Source: an uncultured Chloroflexia bacterium (GTDB taxonomy: Bacteria > Chloroflexota > Limnocylindria > Limnocylindrales > CSP1-4). Taken from it: a stretch of 64,000 nt of DNA. Shown here in pieces: positions 18,719-28,756 of this stretch; the first letter of the stretch is position 1; each line of letters opens with the position of its first letter. Under the pieces are notes generated by a model, which was given only the letters and a program-made list of their open reading frames with translations, had not been told where the DNA came from and did no database searches. The translations under genes and the position numbers were made by a program. The stretch covers positions 768,001 to 832,000 of the forward strand of contig CAVYIM010000003.1 in NCBI GenBank assembly GCA_963768655.1, in the 5' to 3' direction.

Positions 18719-19695
18719 CAGTCGGCGTCCTTCTGAGCGTCGGCGTGCAGGAGGCAACGGACCCATGCGCCCGCGACCGTGTAGAGCTCGGGATCGGTCG
18801 TGAGGCACTGGGGCATCACCACCGGGCAGCGGGGGTGGAAGCGACATCCCGAGGGTGGCCGGGCGAGATCGGGCGGGCTGCCCGGGATGCCGGTGAGAGG
18901 CCGGCGGGGCCCGCGGATCGACGGGAAGGCCTCCAGCAGGCCCTTGCTGTAGGGATGGAGCGGACGGTCGAACATGATCTCGGTGACGCCCATCTCGGCG
19001 ACCTGGCCCGCGTACATCACCATCAGGCGGTCCGAGTAGTGGCGCACAAGGGACATGTCGTGGGTCACGAAGATGACGGCGAAGCCAAGACTCTGTTGCA
19101 GCTCCTTGATCTGGCTCATGAGCGAGCGCTGGGCGACGACATCGAGGGCCGAGGTGGGCTCATCCATGATCACCAGCTCGGGGGTGAAGAGCAGGGCCAT
19201 GGCGATCATGGCCCGCTGGCGCATGCCGCCGCTCAGCTGGTGGGGATAGCTCTTGAGGTGCACGGCGTCGATGCCAACCAGGTGGAGCACCTCGGCCGAC
19301 CGCTCGTGGATGGCTGCAGCGGACATCCGGGCATGGGCCTGCATCGTGTCGCGGAACTGGGCCTCGATGCTCAACATCGGGTTGAGAGCGTTCATGGCAC
19401 TCTGCATCACCACCGAGTAGTCCCGCCAGCGGATGTGCCTCAACTCGTTCTCCGTGAGCCGCACCATGTTCTGACCCTTGAAGGTCACCGAGCCCCCGGC
19501 AATCTCGGCCGGTGGCGAGAGCAGCTGGGCAATGGCGAAGAGCAGCGTGGACTTCCCGCAGCCGGATTCGCCGACGATCCCAAGGAACTCTCCGGGCCGG
19601 ACCTCGAGGTCGACGCGGTCGACCGCGCGCACGTCTCCCGCGTCGGTGATGTAGTCGACCGAGAGGTCCCGCACCTCAAGCAGAGGGCTTGGCAC
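18718..19695 (-). CDS. Opp/Dpp-type ABC transporter ATP-binding protein (OppD-like)
   Basis: [34 protein letters not shown]. Confidence 0.93.
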   Translation of the reverse strand: MPSPLLEVRDLSVDYITDAGDVRAVDRVDLEVRPGEFLGIVGESGCGKSTLLFAIAQLLSPPAEIAGGSVTFKGQNMVRLTENELRHIRWRDYSVVMQSAMNALNPMLSIEAQFRDTMQAHARMSAAAIHERSAEVLHLVGIDAVHLKSYPHQLSGGMRQRAMIAMALLFTPELVIMDEPTSALDVVAQRSLMSQIKELQQSLGFAVIFVTHDMSLVRHYSDRLMVMYAGQVAEMGVTEIMFDRPLHPYSKGLLEAFPSIRGPRRPLTGIPGSPPDLARPPSGCRFHPRCPVVMPQCLTTDPELYTVAGAWVRCLLHADAQKDAD

Positions 19696-20611
19696 GACGC
19701 CTCCTCACCGGTCTGAGCGCCGGATTGCCGATCTCATCGAACGCGTAGTTCAAGAGGGCGAAGCCGGTTCCAAGCAGGGCGACTGCGGCCCCGGGCGCGA
19801 GCATCCACAGGGCGTTGCCGCTCTCCAGGGCACCGTTCTGCTGGGAGTAGTAGAGCATCGTGCCCCAGGTCAGCTCGGTGCTGTTGCCCAGCCCGAGGAA
19901 CTGCAGGCCCGCGGCGAAGCCCACGACGAAGACTGCCAGCCCGAGGAACGAGGCCACGAGCAGCGAGATCATATTGGGAAGGATCTCGACGATGATGATG
20001 TAGGAGCGCCGCTCGCCGCGCACTTTGGCCGCTTCGAGGAAGTCTCGGGTGCGCAGCGACAGGCCCTGGGCCCGCAGTTGTCGGGCCGCGAAGGCCCAGC
20101 TCGTCACGATCATGACCGCGGTGATGGTCAGGGAGCCGCTGGGGAGATACGCGGTCAGGACGATCAGGAGCGGCAGCGTGGGGAGAACGAGGAAGACGTC
20201 GGTCAGCAGCGACAACGAGCGGTCAGCCATCCCGCCGGCGTAGGCGGCGGTCACGCCTATCAGGACGGAGATCACGGTGGCGACCAGGCTGACCACCACG
20301 GTGATGATCAGTGTCAGGCGCGTCCCCCAGATCAGCTGCGAGAAGACGTCCTCGCCCACTTGGGTGGTGCCGAGGAGATGCTGGGCCGACGGACCGACCT
20401 GCTGATCGTAGATGGCCGCGTGGGGGTCGATACTGGTGAAGAGACCTGGGAACGCGGCCACGAACGTGATGACGGCCAGGATCAGAAGCCCCGCCGTCGC
20501 CTTTCGATTGCGCAGGATCGCCTGGGTCAAGCGGCTGCTGCCACCCTGCCCTCGCTGCGCGGGAGCTTCGCCCAGAGCACGGGCGTCGGGGTTGATCGCT
20601 GGTGTCGTCAT
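19676..20611 (-). CDS. ABC transporter permease (OppC-like)
   Basis: HLLGTTQVGEDVFSQLIWG; EAA loop DFLEAAKVRGE. Confidence 0.92.
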   Translation of the reverse strand: MTTPAINPDARALGEAPAQRGQGGSSRLTQAILRNRKATAGLLILAVITFVAAFPGLFTSIDPHAAIYDQQVGPSAQHLLGTTQVGEDVFSQLIWGTRLTLIITVVVSLVATVISVLIGVTAAYAGGMADRSLSLLTDVFLVLPTLPLLIVLTAYLPSGSLTITAVMIVTSWAFAARQLRAQGLSLRTRDFLEAAKVRGERRSYIIIVEILPNMISLLVASFLGLAVFVVGFAAGLQFLGLGNSTELTWGTMLYYSQQNGALESGNALWMLAPGAAVALLGTGFALLNYAFDEIGNPALRPVRRRRAKPSA

Positions 20612-20622
20612 CTACACGGCCC

Positions 20623-21594
20623 TCAGGCGTCGCGTGTCCGCGGGTCAAGCAGGGCGCTGGCGAAGTCGGCGATCAGGACGCAGATCAGGATCGCCAGCGT
20701 GTACACGAGGAAGAGGGCCGACTGCAGCGGCAGGTCGTGGTCAGTTGTGCCGGTGTAGAAGAGGTAGCCGAGCCCCGGGTACGAGAACGTGTACTCGACC
20801 AGGATCGACCCGCCGAGCACGTAGCCGAGCTGCATGGCGAAGCCGGTTAGATTGGGCAGGATCGCGTTCCGGGCTGCGTAATCGATCATGATCCGCCAGC
20901 CCGGCAGCCCCTTGGCGCGGGCCATCCGCACGTAGTCCTCGGCCAGCGTGGTCACCATGTTGTTGCGCATGGTGTAGATCCAGGAGCCTGCCGTGACGAT
21001 GACGAGGGTGGCCGCGGGAAGGATCGCATGCGCGATCACGTCCCAGATGAAGCCGAGCGAGAGCGAAGGCGTCGCGGTGAGGCTGTAGTTGGACTCGAGT
21101 GGCAGCCATCCCAGAGTGACGGCGAAGACGTACAGAAGAACCAGGGCCACGAAGAAGACCGGTAGGGTCGAGACGATGAAGAGAAGCGGCGGGAGGATGT
21201 TGTCCAGTCGGCCTCCCCGTCGCCAGGCGCTGAGCACGCCGATCATCGTGCCGATCACGAACGCGATCACCGTGGTCACACCCACCAGACCGAGTGTCCA
21301 GGGCAGCTTGTCCATGATGTCGGTCATGACGGGGACCCGGGCGGCCGTCAGGCCGAATTGACCGGTCAAGCAGTTGCCGAGGTACTGGAAGTATGTGACG
21401 ACGATGTTCTGGTCGGTGTTTATCCCGAACTCGACCTGCAACGCGTGCAGCGCGGCCGGGTTGACGCCCTTCATCCGAGACAGCACCGACGTCGCCTCAT
21501 CCCCCGGCATCAGCCGGGGGATGAGGAAGTTGACGGTCAGCGCCGCCCAGAGGGTCAGGACGAAGAGTCCCAGCCGGCGAGCGACGTATCTCAT
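20623..21594 (-). CDS. ABC transporter permease (OppB-like)
   Basis: PRLMPGD, EDYVRMARAKGL, VEYTFSYPGLG, LDPR. Confidence 0.92.
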   Translation of the reverse strand: MRYVARRLGLFVLTLWAALTVNFLIPRLMPGDEATSVLSRMKGVNPAALHALQVEFGINTDQNIVVTYFQYLGNCLTGQFGLTAARVPVMTDIMDKLPWTLGLVGVTTVIAFVIGTMIGVLSAWRRGGRLDNILPPLLFIVSTLPVFFVALVLLYVFAVTLGWLPLESNYSLTATPSLSLGFIWDVIAHAILPAATLVIVTAGSWIYTMRNNMVTTLAEDYVRMARAKGLPGWRIMIDYAARNAILPNLTGFAMQLGYVLGGSILVEYTFSYPGLGYLFYTGTTDHDLPLQSALFLVYTLAILICVLIADFASALLDPRTRDA

Positions 21595-21633
21595 GGACGG
21601 GACTCCCGGGCGCTGCTGCTCACGTGGCCGCGG

Positions 21634-23448
21634 TTAGTTCGTCGGGAACAGGTGCGTCAGCACCACGCCATTATCGGGTGTTGCCCAGACCGGAGGCTGG
21701 GCGTAGGGGTCGTCCGGCGTGGGCCAGCCGCCGAAGCTGGTGGTGTCGTACTGATACCAGTCGACACCCTCGACGACAGGGATGACCGGGACGTCGTTGA
21801 CCATGACCTGCTCGATCTGGTCAATGATGCCGACCTGGTCGGCGGCGCTGGCCGACGCGTAGTTGTTGAACAGCGTGTCGACGGCCGTCGACTTGTACCG
21901 TGAGTAGTTGGTCGACCCGATGTTGCTGCTGAGCAGCATCTGCCGGAGCTCGTAGTAGGGAAGAGGCCCACCGGTCTCCTCACCGAAGGCGAGCTGGAAG
22001 TTCCCTTTCTGGAGGTCGGGCGTGTAGACGGTCGTGTCCTCGTCCTGGACCTTGACCGCGATGCCCGCTGCCTGCAGCTCCTGCGTAATCACTGTCAGCG
22101 ACGAGTCCCAGTCGGTGTAGCCGCTGATCGTCTTGATCGTGAACGAGAGCTTCTGGCCACTGGAGTTCGCGTAGATGCCGTCAGACCCCTTGGTGAAGCC
22201 GGCGGCCTCCAGGGTCTGGTCGGCCTTGGCGACGTCGAAGGCGGTTGTGTCGATCGTCTTGTCGTACCAGGCGTTGTACGTCGGCAGGACGATACCGGTC
22301 TGATTGGCCGGCGGCTCATACCCCGACTCGCCTCGCTGCGAGACGTCGGCGCGGTTGATGGCCAGGCTGATGGCCTGGCGGACCGCTACGTTTGCCAGCA
22401 GCGGGTTATCCAGGTTGGGGAAGAGCGCCACGTTGAGAACGGCCGGGAACCAGTAGTGGCGATGAGCTGGGTCCTTGGCGACGTAGAAGGAGTCGATGTT
22501 GGGGATGTACTGCGCGCCCCACTGCGCTTGCCCCTGGGCCAGCAGCAGATTGGCTGGAGTGTTGCTGAGGAAGGAGGGGTAGTCCAGCTCGGCGATCTGG
22601 GGAACCGGGTGGCTGGCCGTGCTCTGCCAGTAGTTGGGGTTGCGCAGGTACTTGATGTTGTTCTGACTGCAGTTCGACATCAGGTAGGGGCCGGTGCCCA
22701 CGGGGGCGGTGTCGGCGTACGTGTCGAGCTTGGTCTGATCCAGCGTGGACCAGATGTGCTGGGGGATTATCGGAATCTGGTCGGCCACGTAGTAGAAGTA
22801 CGTCTGGGCCGGGCCTGAGAAGGTGAAGACCACCTGATTGCTGCCCTGGGCGGCTACGCTGGTGAGCGGGCCGCCATCGGCAGACCAGAGGGCGTTGAGA
22901 TCGAGGGCCGAGTCAGCCTTCAGGGCGTTGAACGTGTAGACGACGTCCGCGGCGCTGAATGGCTGGCCGTCACTCCACTTGGCTCCGTCGCGGATAGTGA
23001 AGGTGAGGGTCGTGAAGTCGGGGCTCCATGTGGATGAACTGGCCAGCCACGGAGTCACCACGTTGGAGCCGTCGGCGTTCGTCTCGAGCGCGTCCACGAA
23101 CTCGAGCGGCTCATAGATGAAGCCGACCGATGTGCCGCTCACCGACGGGTTGTATGGGTTGAACTGGCAGGTCCAGGTGCTGCCGCTCTCGTTGTCGATG
23201 ACGAGCGTGCCGCCGATCTTCCCGGTGTTGACGGGGCCGCTCGCCGTCGGACTTGCGGTGCTGGCCGTTGGAGTTGTGGCACTCGCGCCCGGAACGGTGG
23301 CACTCGCGCCCGGAACGGTGGCACTCGCGCCCGGAACTGTGCCGCTGGGGCTCGCGCTCGGCGTGCTGCTACCACAGGCGGCGGCAATCACGCTGGCAGC
23401 GACCACGAGACTGAATAACCTGGAGCCTCTCATCCTGGAGCCTCTCAT
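21634..23448 (-). CDS. ABC substrate-binding lipoprotein, family 5 (probably oligosaccharide-binding)
   Basis: Lipobox IAAAC; KWSDGQPFSAADVVYTF, PVGTGPY, VRQAISLAINR; GGGAGA RBS. Confidence 0.9.
   Translation of the reverse strand: MRGSRMRGSRLFSLVVAASVIAAACGSSTPSASPSGTVPGASATVPGASATVPGASATTPTASTASPTASGPVNTGKIGGTLVIDNESGSTWTCQFNPYNPSVSGTSVGFIYEPLEFVDALETNADGSNVVTPWLASSSTWSPDFTTLTFTIRDGAKWSDGQPFSAADVVYTFNALKADSALDLNALWSADGGPLTSVAAQGSNQVVFTFSGPAQTYFYYVADQIPIIPQHIWSTLDQTKLDTYADTAPVGTGPYLMSNCSQNNIKYLRNPNYWQSTASHPVPQIAELDYPSFLSNTPANLLLAQGQAQWGAQYIPNIDSFYVAKDPAHRHYWFPAVLNVALFPNLDNPLLANVAVRQAISLAINRADVSQRGESGYEPPANQTGIVLPTYNAWYDKTIDTTAFDVAKADQTLEAAGFTKGSDGIYANSSGQKLSFTIKTISGYTDWDSSLTVITQELQAAGIAVKVQDEDTTVYTPDLQKGNFQLAFGEETGGPLPYYELRQMLLSSNIGSTNYSRYKSTAVDTLFNNYASASAADQVGIIDQIEQVMVNDVPVIPVVEGVDWYQYDTTSFGGWPTPDDPYAQPPVWATPDNGVVLTHLFPTN
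23275..23343. repeat. 21-bp tandem repeat x3 encoding a TVPGASA linker
   Basis: GTGGCACTCGCGCCCGGAAC(G/T) repeated. Confidence 0.85.
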
Positions 23449-23545
23449 CGGTGGTCTCCCTTTCATCCTCAGCGGATCCTGCGCCGCCAAGTCACCTCGT
23501 CCTCCGCAGCCACCTAGCCTCGGTCGAACCTAGGTGCTATGATGC

Positions 23546-23579
23546 ATAGGAAGGTTACCTTAATATTCACGACAGTCAA
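23546..23579 (-). promoter_or_regulatory. Promoter of the ABC operon with overlapping CsnR-like ROK operator
   Basis: Minus-strand TTGACT-N16-TAACCT; ATAGGAAGgTTACCTTA (23546-23562) resembles AGGAAAnTTTCCT and covers the -10. Confidence 0.65.
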
Positions 23580-23747
23580 GCAATCAAGGGCCATCTGGTC
23601 GCGGCGGCTGTGTCGGGCCCAGCTGGACGACGAGATTTCTGGCCGCAGGGAAGCGCGGCCAACGCTTCGGCACCCGCGCCGGTTCGACGGCGATGGTTGC
23701 CGGGTGATGAAGGCGAGTTGCCAACAGCATCACATCGGAGGACGGCG

Positions 23748-25061
23748 ATGCGGGCACGGGAGGCGGCGAAGCCGAGTCTGCTGCGGGCCATCAACCTCCG
23801 CGCGGCCTTCGACGCGGTTCAGGCTCGCGGACCGATCGGCGCCCCACAGGTGGTGCGACAGACCGGCCTCTCCCGACCCACGGTCGGCGAGGTCATCGCC
23901 CGGCTTCTCGATCTCGGTTTGATCCGAAGGGTGGGGCGCACAAGGGGACATCCCGGGCCGAGCGCTCAGCTGTACGACGTCAACCCCCGGGCCGGCTGGG
24001 TGCTGAGCCTCGACGTGGGGCGGCAGTGGGTGCGAGCGGCGATCACGGACCTGACGGGCACAGTGGTCGCCCGCACAGCGTCGCGGACCTCGGCCTCGAC
24101 CGCCCCGGCGGCGATTGCCCAGCTCCGCGGAGCGGCCGATCAGCTCACGGCAGAGGCGAAGATCAGTCTGGCCGACCTTCATCAGGTCGTCGTCGGAACG
24201 CCTGGCGTCATCCGACCCGGCGAAGACCATCTTTCGCTTGCTCCCAACCTGCCTGGTTGGGCCACCGCGGGGGTCATCACGGACATCCGTCGAGCGCTGG
24301 TGGCCCCGGTCCTGTTCGAGAACGACATCAACCTTGCCGCCGTGGGCGAGCACGTCCAGGGAGTCGCTCGGGGGGTCGACGATTTCGTGCTCCTCTCGGT
24401 CGGGACCGGAGTGGGGATGGGAGTGGTCCTGGACGGCGAGTTGCGCCGTGGCGCCGCCGGCCTCGCCGGCGAGATCGGCTACCTCGCCCTGGACATGGAT
24501 GCCGCGGCCTCGGGACGTGTCGCCGCCTGGGGCGACGGCGCCTTCGAGGCTCTGACGTCGGCGGCGGCCATCCTCGCCCTTGCCCGCGCCGCGGGGTTAC
24601 CGGAAGCGGCCTCGGCCGCTGACATCTTCGACGCCGCTCGCTCCGGTGAGCCGGCGGCGGCCACCGTCGTAGCGATCGAAGCCCGCCGCCTCGCACACGC
24701 GATCGCCGCCATCGCGGCCGTGCTGGACCCGCATCTCGTGGTATTGGGCGGTGGTATCGGCACAGGAGGCGGCGACCTTCTGCTCGGGCCAGTTGCCGAT
24801 GCGCTCGCCGCGATCTCCCCGTTCTCGCCCAGGCTGGCGATATCCGGGCTGGGCGCCGACGGCGTCATCGCCGGAGCCGCCGCGACCGGGCTGCGCCTGG
24901 CCCTGGATCGGATCTTCGAACGGGCGGCGACCAGCGCGCCGGGTCTCGAGCTCGGTCGGCCCGACGCCGGTATCGCCGCGGGATCGATCGCGGCCTGGCA
25001 TCCTGAGAGCGCCGAGGTGTCAGGCCGAGGCGCCCGCATGGACCCGGAGGCCCAACCTTGA
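23748..25061 (+). CDS. ROK family transcriptional repressor
   Basis: GGAGG RBS; N-terminal HTH TGLSRPTV; ENDINLAAVGE, GTGVGMG, AGEIGYL. Confidence 0.9.
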   Translation: MRAREAAKPSLLRAINLRAAFDAVQARGPIGAPQVVRQTGLSRPTVGEVIARLLDLGLIRRVGRTRGHPGPSAQLYDVNPRAGWVLSLDVGRQWVRAAITDLTGTVVARTASRTSASTAPAAIAQLRGAADQLTAEAKISLADLHQVVVGTPGVIRPGEDHLSLAPNLPGWATAGVITDIRRALVAPVLFENDINLAAVGEHVQGVARGVDDFVLLSVGTGVGMGVVLDGELRRGAAGLAGEIGYLALDMDAAASGRVAAWGDGAFEALTSAAAILALARAAGLPEAASAADIFDAARSGEPAAATVVAIEARRLAHAIAAIAAVLDPHLVVLGGGIGTGGGDLLLGPVADALAAISPFSPRLAISGLGADGVIAGAAATGLRLALDRIFERAATSAPGLELGRPDAGIAAGSIAAWHPESAEVSGRGARMDPEAQP

Positions 25062-26095
25062 CGGCTGCGCTGCCCGCGGTTCTGGCCATCGACGTTGGCA
25101 ACTCGAAGACGGACGTGGCCCTCGTCGGCGCAGACGGGGCGGTCCTGGGCGCGTCGAGAGGCCCGACGGCGTCGCACCAGCAGGTGGGCTCGGAGAGAGG
25201 CTCCGCGATCCTGGTGTCGTTGGTGGAGCGGGCCTGCGCGCAGGCCGGTCTCGACGCGAGGGTGCGGCCGGCCGCGCATCTGGCGGTCTACTGCGCGGCC
25301 GGCGTGGACCTTCCGAGCGACGAGCGGTTGCTCGCCGCGGAGCTCCGACGGATCGGGCTGGCCGCCTCCGACCTGGTCATCAACGATTGCTACGGAGGCC
25401 TGCGCGCCGGCACGAGCCGGACCTGGGGAGTCTGCGTCATCAGCGGCAGCGGCATGAACTGCCTCGGCGTGTCACCCGGCGGCCACGTGGCGCAATTCGA
25501 GGCGCTGGGAAGTCTGTCGGGGGACTGGGGAGGCGGTGGCGCGGTGGGCCTGGCGGGCCTGGCGGCGGCTGTTCGGGCCCAGGACGGTCGCGGTCCGGCC
25601 ACCATCCTCGAGCGGATCGTGCCGGCCCACTTCGGCGTGGCTCGACCGCGGTCCTTGAGTGTGGCCATGTATCGAGAGCGCATTCCCTACGCCCGCCACC
25701 TGGAAATCGCCCCCCTCGTCTTCGAGGCCGCGGCCGGGGACGACGCGGTGGCCCGGTCGATCATCGACCGACTTGCCGACGAGGTCGTAGCCTGGGCCGG
25801 CGCCGCGATCCGGCGGCTGCGCATGCAACGCCTCGACCCACACGTCGTGCTTGCCGGCGGCATCTTCCAGGCCGAGGATCCGCTCTTCTACGAGCGCATC
25901 GGCAGAGGCATAACGGCCGTCGCGGCTGCGGCGCAAGTTCGCCGGCTCACCGCACCGCCGGTCGTCGGCGCCGCCCTGCTGGGCTTCGACCGTCTCCATG
26001 ACTCACCGACGCCGCCGGACCTGGAGCGCCGTTTGCGCGCCGAGCTCACCCACGAGCGCCTGTCGCAGGGCGCGGCCCGGGGCAGCCTCGACTGA
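25058..26095 (+). CDS. BadF/BadG/BcrA/BcrD-type amino-sugar kinase
   Basis: AIDVGNSKT, INDCYGG, ISGSG, GDWGGG, LAGGIF. Confidence 0.88.
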   Translation: MTAALPAVLAIDVGNSKTDVALVGADGAVLGASRGPTASHQQVGSERGSAILVSLVERACAQAGLDARVRPAAHLAVYCAAGVDLPSDERLLAAELRRIGLAASDLVINDCYGGLRAGTSRTWGVCVISGSGMNCLGVSPGGHVAQFEALGSLSGDWGGGGAVGLAGLAAAVRAQDGRGPATILERIVPAHFGVARPRSLSVAMYRERIPYARHLEIAPLVFEAAAGDDAVARSIIDRLADEVVAWAGAAIRRLRMQRLDPHVVLAGGIFQAEDPLFYERIGRGITAVAAAAQVRRLTAPPVVGAALLGFDRLHDSPTPPDLERRLRAELTHERLSQGAARGSLD

Positions 26096-26135
26096 GTCGG
26101 AGCGGCGACGCCGGCGCGTCGGGCAGGAGGCCTGC

Positions 26136-27599
26136 CTAGGGCAGGGGCGGCAGTGACGCCGCCGCGACCGCCTGGCCGTGCCGCTTGTCGCGCTCGGAGA
26201 CGGATTGGAACCGCAGGCGCTCGGCGAGCGAAGGACTCTCGGCGATCAGCACGGCTCGCGCCTGCTCCCGGATGACCTCGCCCCCTTCGCCGGTCAGGAC
26301 GCGGCCGAGGAGCAGCACCTGTTCGAACTCGTAGAAGGCGCGGTACTCGAGCAGGGCGTAGCCGAGGTACGTCCCGATGGTTTCGTAGACCGTGGCCGCC
26401 CTCCGGTCCCCCGCGGCCAGCAGCTCCTGGAGTCGCACGAGCCTCTCGGGCGGGGACGATCCCGCGTCGACGTCGATCCCGGCCCTGTCGAGCAGCCTGG
26501 TGACGGCCTGCTGGGACAGATACTGGGCGCCGCAGCCCCGATCGCCTGACCATTCGTCCGCCGGCGCGTCGGGCGCGTAGTCGAGAGGCACGAAGGCAAG
26601 CTCGTTGAGCCACTCCGTGAGGCCCCCATCCGCGGTCACGTAGCCTGCAGCCTCGCTCGACCCCATGGCGATCCCGAGCAGCTCGCCCGCGCCTGAGATC
26701 ATGGACCCCGCCAGCGCCGTTACCTCGCCGTCGTTCACGACCACGAACGGAACGCCGCCCCAGGCGCGCCGCAGCTCTTCGAAGATGCCGCGTACGCGGC
26801 CGTCGAAGAGATCCCTGGGCACGGCCCGGAAGAGAGAGGCGACCCGAACCTCGCCGTCGACGTAGATGCCGGCCGCGCTCCCGCCGATCGCGTCCACTCG
26901 CGGCAGATGGTCGGCGGCGCTACGCAGCGAGGCCATGATCTGGTCCACGTGCCACTGAGGGTCGCCGTGTTTCCCGGGGTCCCACGAGACTTCCTCGCTG
27001 AAGACGACCTTCCCGTCGATCACAGCCGCCGCCTTGCGGTCGCTGGCGCCGAGGTCGAATCCTATCCGGCAGCCCTCGATGTGCCGCCCGAGGGCCCTGG
27101 TCGAGTCGCGTGGCGCCGGGATCTCGTCGGGTGACACCCGGACGAGCTCGAACGGCCTCCGATATACGTCGCCCATGACGCGGGCATCGAAAACGCCGGC
27201 AGGATCCTCCGCATAGTGACGGGTCAGGGCCTCGGCGAGCCCGGATGGGCCGGCGACGAGGACCCGGCTGCCGCCGCGCGACCACAGAAGGGACTTGAGC
27301 AGGCGCTCCGCGAACCAGTGGCCGAGCGCGGCATCGGGGTGCCCATCGGCGAGGACCCAGGTGCGACGCACGGAGATCGAGCCGCCCGGCTGCTCGACTG
27401 CGATCGCGGCCGGCTCACAGCGGGCCCAGGCGCGCAGCAAGGACTCCGCGCGCGCCCGCGCCAGGAACGCCGGGTGGAAGCCGGGGTCGAGCGGTGCGCC
27501 AATTCGCGGTGCGAGGAGGAGCGGCGAGATCCCTGCCGGTCTGACGGAACCGCCACTGGCGATGCTGGACGGCTCGCCGTCGGGCGCGCTCTCGCTCAC
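26136..27599 (-). CDS. ROK family protein (putative sugar kinase, extended N-terminus)
   Basis: IGFDLGASDRK, NDGEVTALAG, MGSSEAAG, NELAF; GTG overlaps the nagA stop. Confidence 0.8.
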   Translation of the reverse strand: MSESAPDGEPSSIASGGSVRPAGISPLLLAPRIGAPLDPGFHPAFLARARAESLLRAWARCEPAAIAVEQPGGSISVRRTWVLADGHPDAALGHWFAERLLKSLLWSRGGSRVLVAGPSGLAEALTRHYAEDPAGVFDARVMGDVYRRPFELVRVSPDEIPAPRDSTRALGRHIEGCRIGFDLGASDRKAAAVIDGKVVFSEEVSWDPGKHGDPQWHVDQIMASLRSAADHLPRVDAIGGSAAGIYVDGEVRVASLFRAVPRDLFDGRVRGIFEELRRAWGGVPFVVVNDGEVTALAGSMISGAGELLGIAMGSSEAAGYVTADGGLTEWLNELAFVPLDYAPDAPADEWSGDRGCGAQYLSQQAVTRLLDRAGIDVDAGSSPPERLVRLQELLAAGDRRAATVYETIGTYLGYALLEYRAFYEFEQVLLLGRVLTGEGGEVIREQARAVLIAESPSLAERLRFQSVSERDKRHGQAVAAASLPPLP

Positions 27600-28756
27600 G
27601 AAGCCGGCCCCGACTCGACCCTTTCCCGTCCAGGCTCGGGCTCCCACGCAATCGCTCCGTCCACGACCGTGACGACCGGCGTCCATTGCCGGTCGACCAG
27701 CACAAGGTCGGCCCCGCGGCCGACTTCCACGCGCCCGAGTGACTGGTCGAGCCCGAGGAGGCGCGCCGGGTTGAGCGTGGCCGTCCGCACCGCGACCGCC
27801 GGGTCGATGCCGGCGGCCACGACGAGATTGCGGAGGGCGCGGTGCAGGGGCAGAAGCGAGCCGGAGAGCGTCCCGTCGGGTAGCCGGCCGCAGGTGCCAT
27901 CCGAGATGTACTCGCGCCCGGCGATCCGGAAGGGACCCGGTGGCATCCCGAGTCCTGCCAGCGCGTCCGTGACGAGGACAAGCTCGTCGGGTGCCTTGGC
28001 GCGCGCCAGGAGCGCGATCGTCTCGAAGGCCAGGTGGTGGCCGTCGCCGATGAACCCAACGGGGAGGTGCGAGGCGAGCAGGTACCCGACCAGCCCGGGG
28101 TCGCGGTGCCGGAACGGACGCATCGCGTTGAAGATGTGCGTCCCGAAGCCAATGCCGGCCGCCGCTCCCGCGCGAGCCGTTTCCCAGGTCGCGTCGCTGT
28201 GGCCCATGGACACAACGACGCCCCGTTCCGCGAGATAGGCGATGAGCGCCTCGGAGCCGGGCAGCTCGGGAGCGATCGTCACGATCCGAACGTTACCGGC
28301 CATCAGCCAGCCGGCCGCCACGTCCACGCTCGGGCTTCGCAGGAGGGCCGGGTCGTGCGTGCCCGGATAGTTCGGGCTGAGGAACGGCCCCTCGATGTGT
28401 GCGCCGAGGATGTGCGCCGTGCCCGGACTCGGGGCGCGCCGCAGGTTCTCAAGCACCGGCCCGTACGCTTCGAGTGGCGACGTCACCACCGTGGGCACGA
28501 AGGCGGTCACGCCGAATCGCGGCAGGCGGCGGCAGACGAGGTCCATGTCCGCGTCCGGGTCCGAGAAGTCGAGCCCGAAAGCGCCGTTGATCTGGATGTC
28601 GATGAGCCCGGGCAGAATCGCCATCTCGGCACTGCCAAGGCTGTCACCGGTCGGGCCGTCGGCGGGGTCGATGGCCGAGACGCGGCCGTCCTCCACGGTG
28701 ACGAGGCTGAGGCCGCGGTCGTCGGGCGCAAACAGCCGGCCGAACAGACGGATCAT
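27596..28756 (-). CDS. nagA: N-acetylglucosamine-6-phosphate deacetylase
   Basis: PGLIDIQING, HIEGPF, TIAPE, GHSDA, THIFNAM, DGHH, LVTDA, LSGS. Confidence 0.92.
   Translation of the reverse strand: MIRLFGRLFAPDDRGLSLVTVEDGRVSAIDPADGPTGDSLGSAEMAILPGLIDIQINGAFGLDFSDPDADMDLVCRRLPRFGVTAFVPTVVTSPLEAYGPVLENLRRAPSPGTAHILGAHIEGPFLSPNYPGTHDPALLRSPSVDVAAGWLMAGNVRIVTIAPELPGSEALIAYLAERGVVVSMGHSDATWETARAGAAAGIGFGTHIFNAMRPFRHRDPGLVGYLLASHLPVGFIGDGHHLAFETIALLARAKAPDELVLVTDALAGLGMPPGPFRIAGREYISDGTCGRLPDGTLSGSLLPLHRALRNLVVAAGIDPAVAVRTATLNPARLLGLDQSLGRVEVGRGADLVLVDRQWTPVVTVVDGAIAWEPEPGRERVESGPAS

Noticed and set aside
23419-23448. 15-bp direct duplication at the binding-protein start (MRGSR x2)
   Set aside because: Real, but an in-frame slippage in the signal peptide n-region with no evident functional consequence
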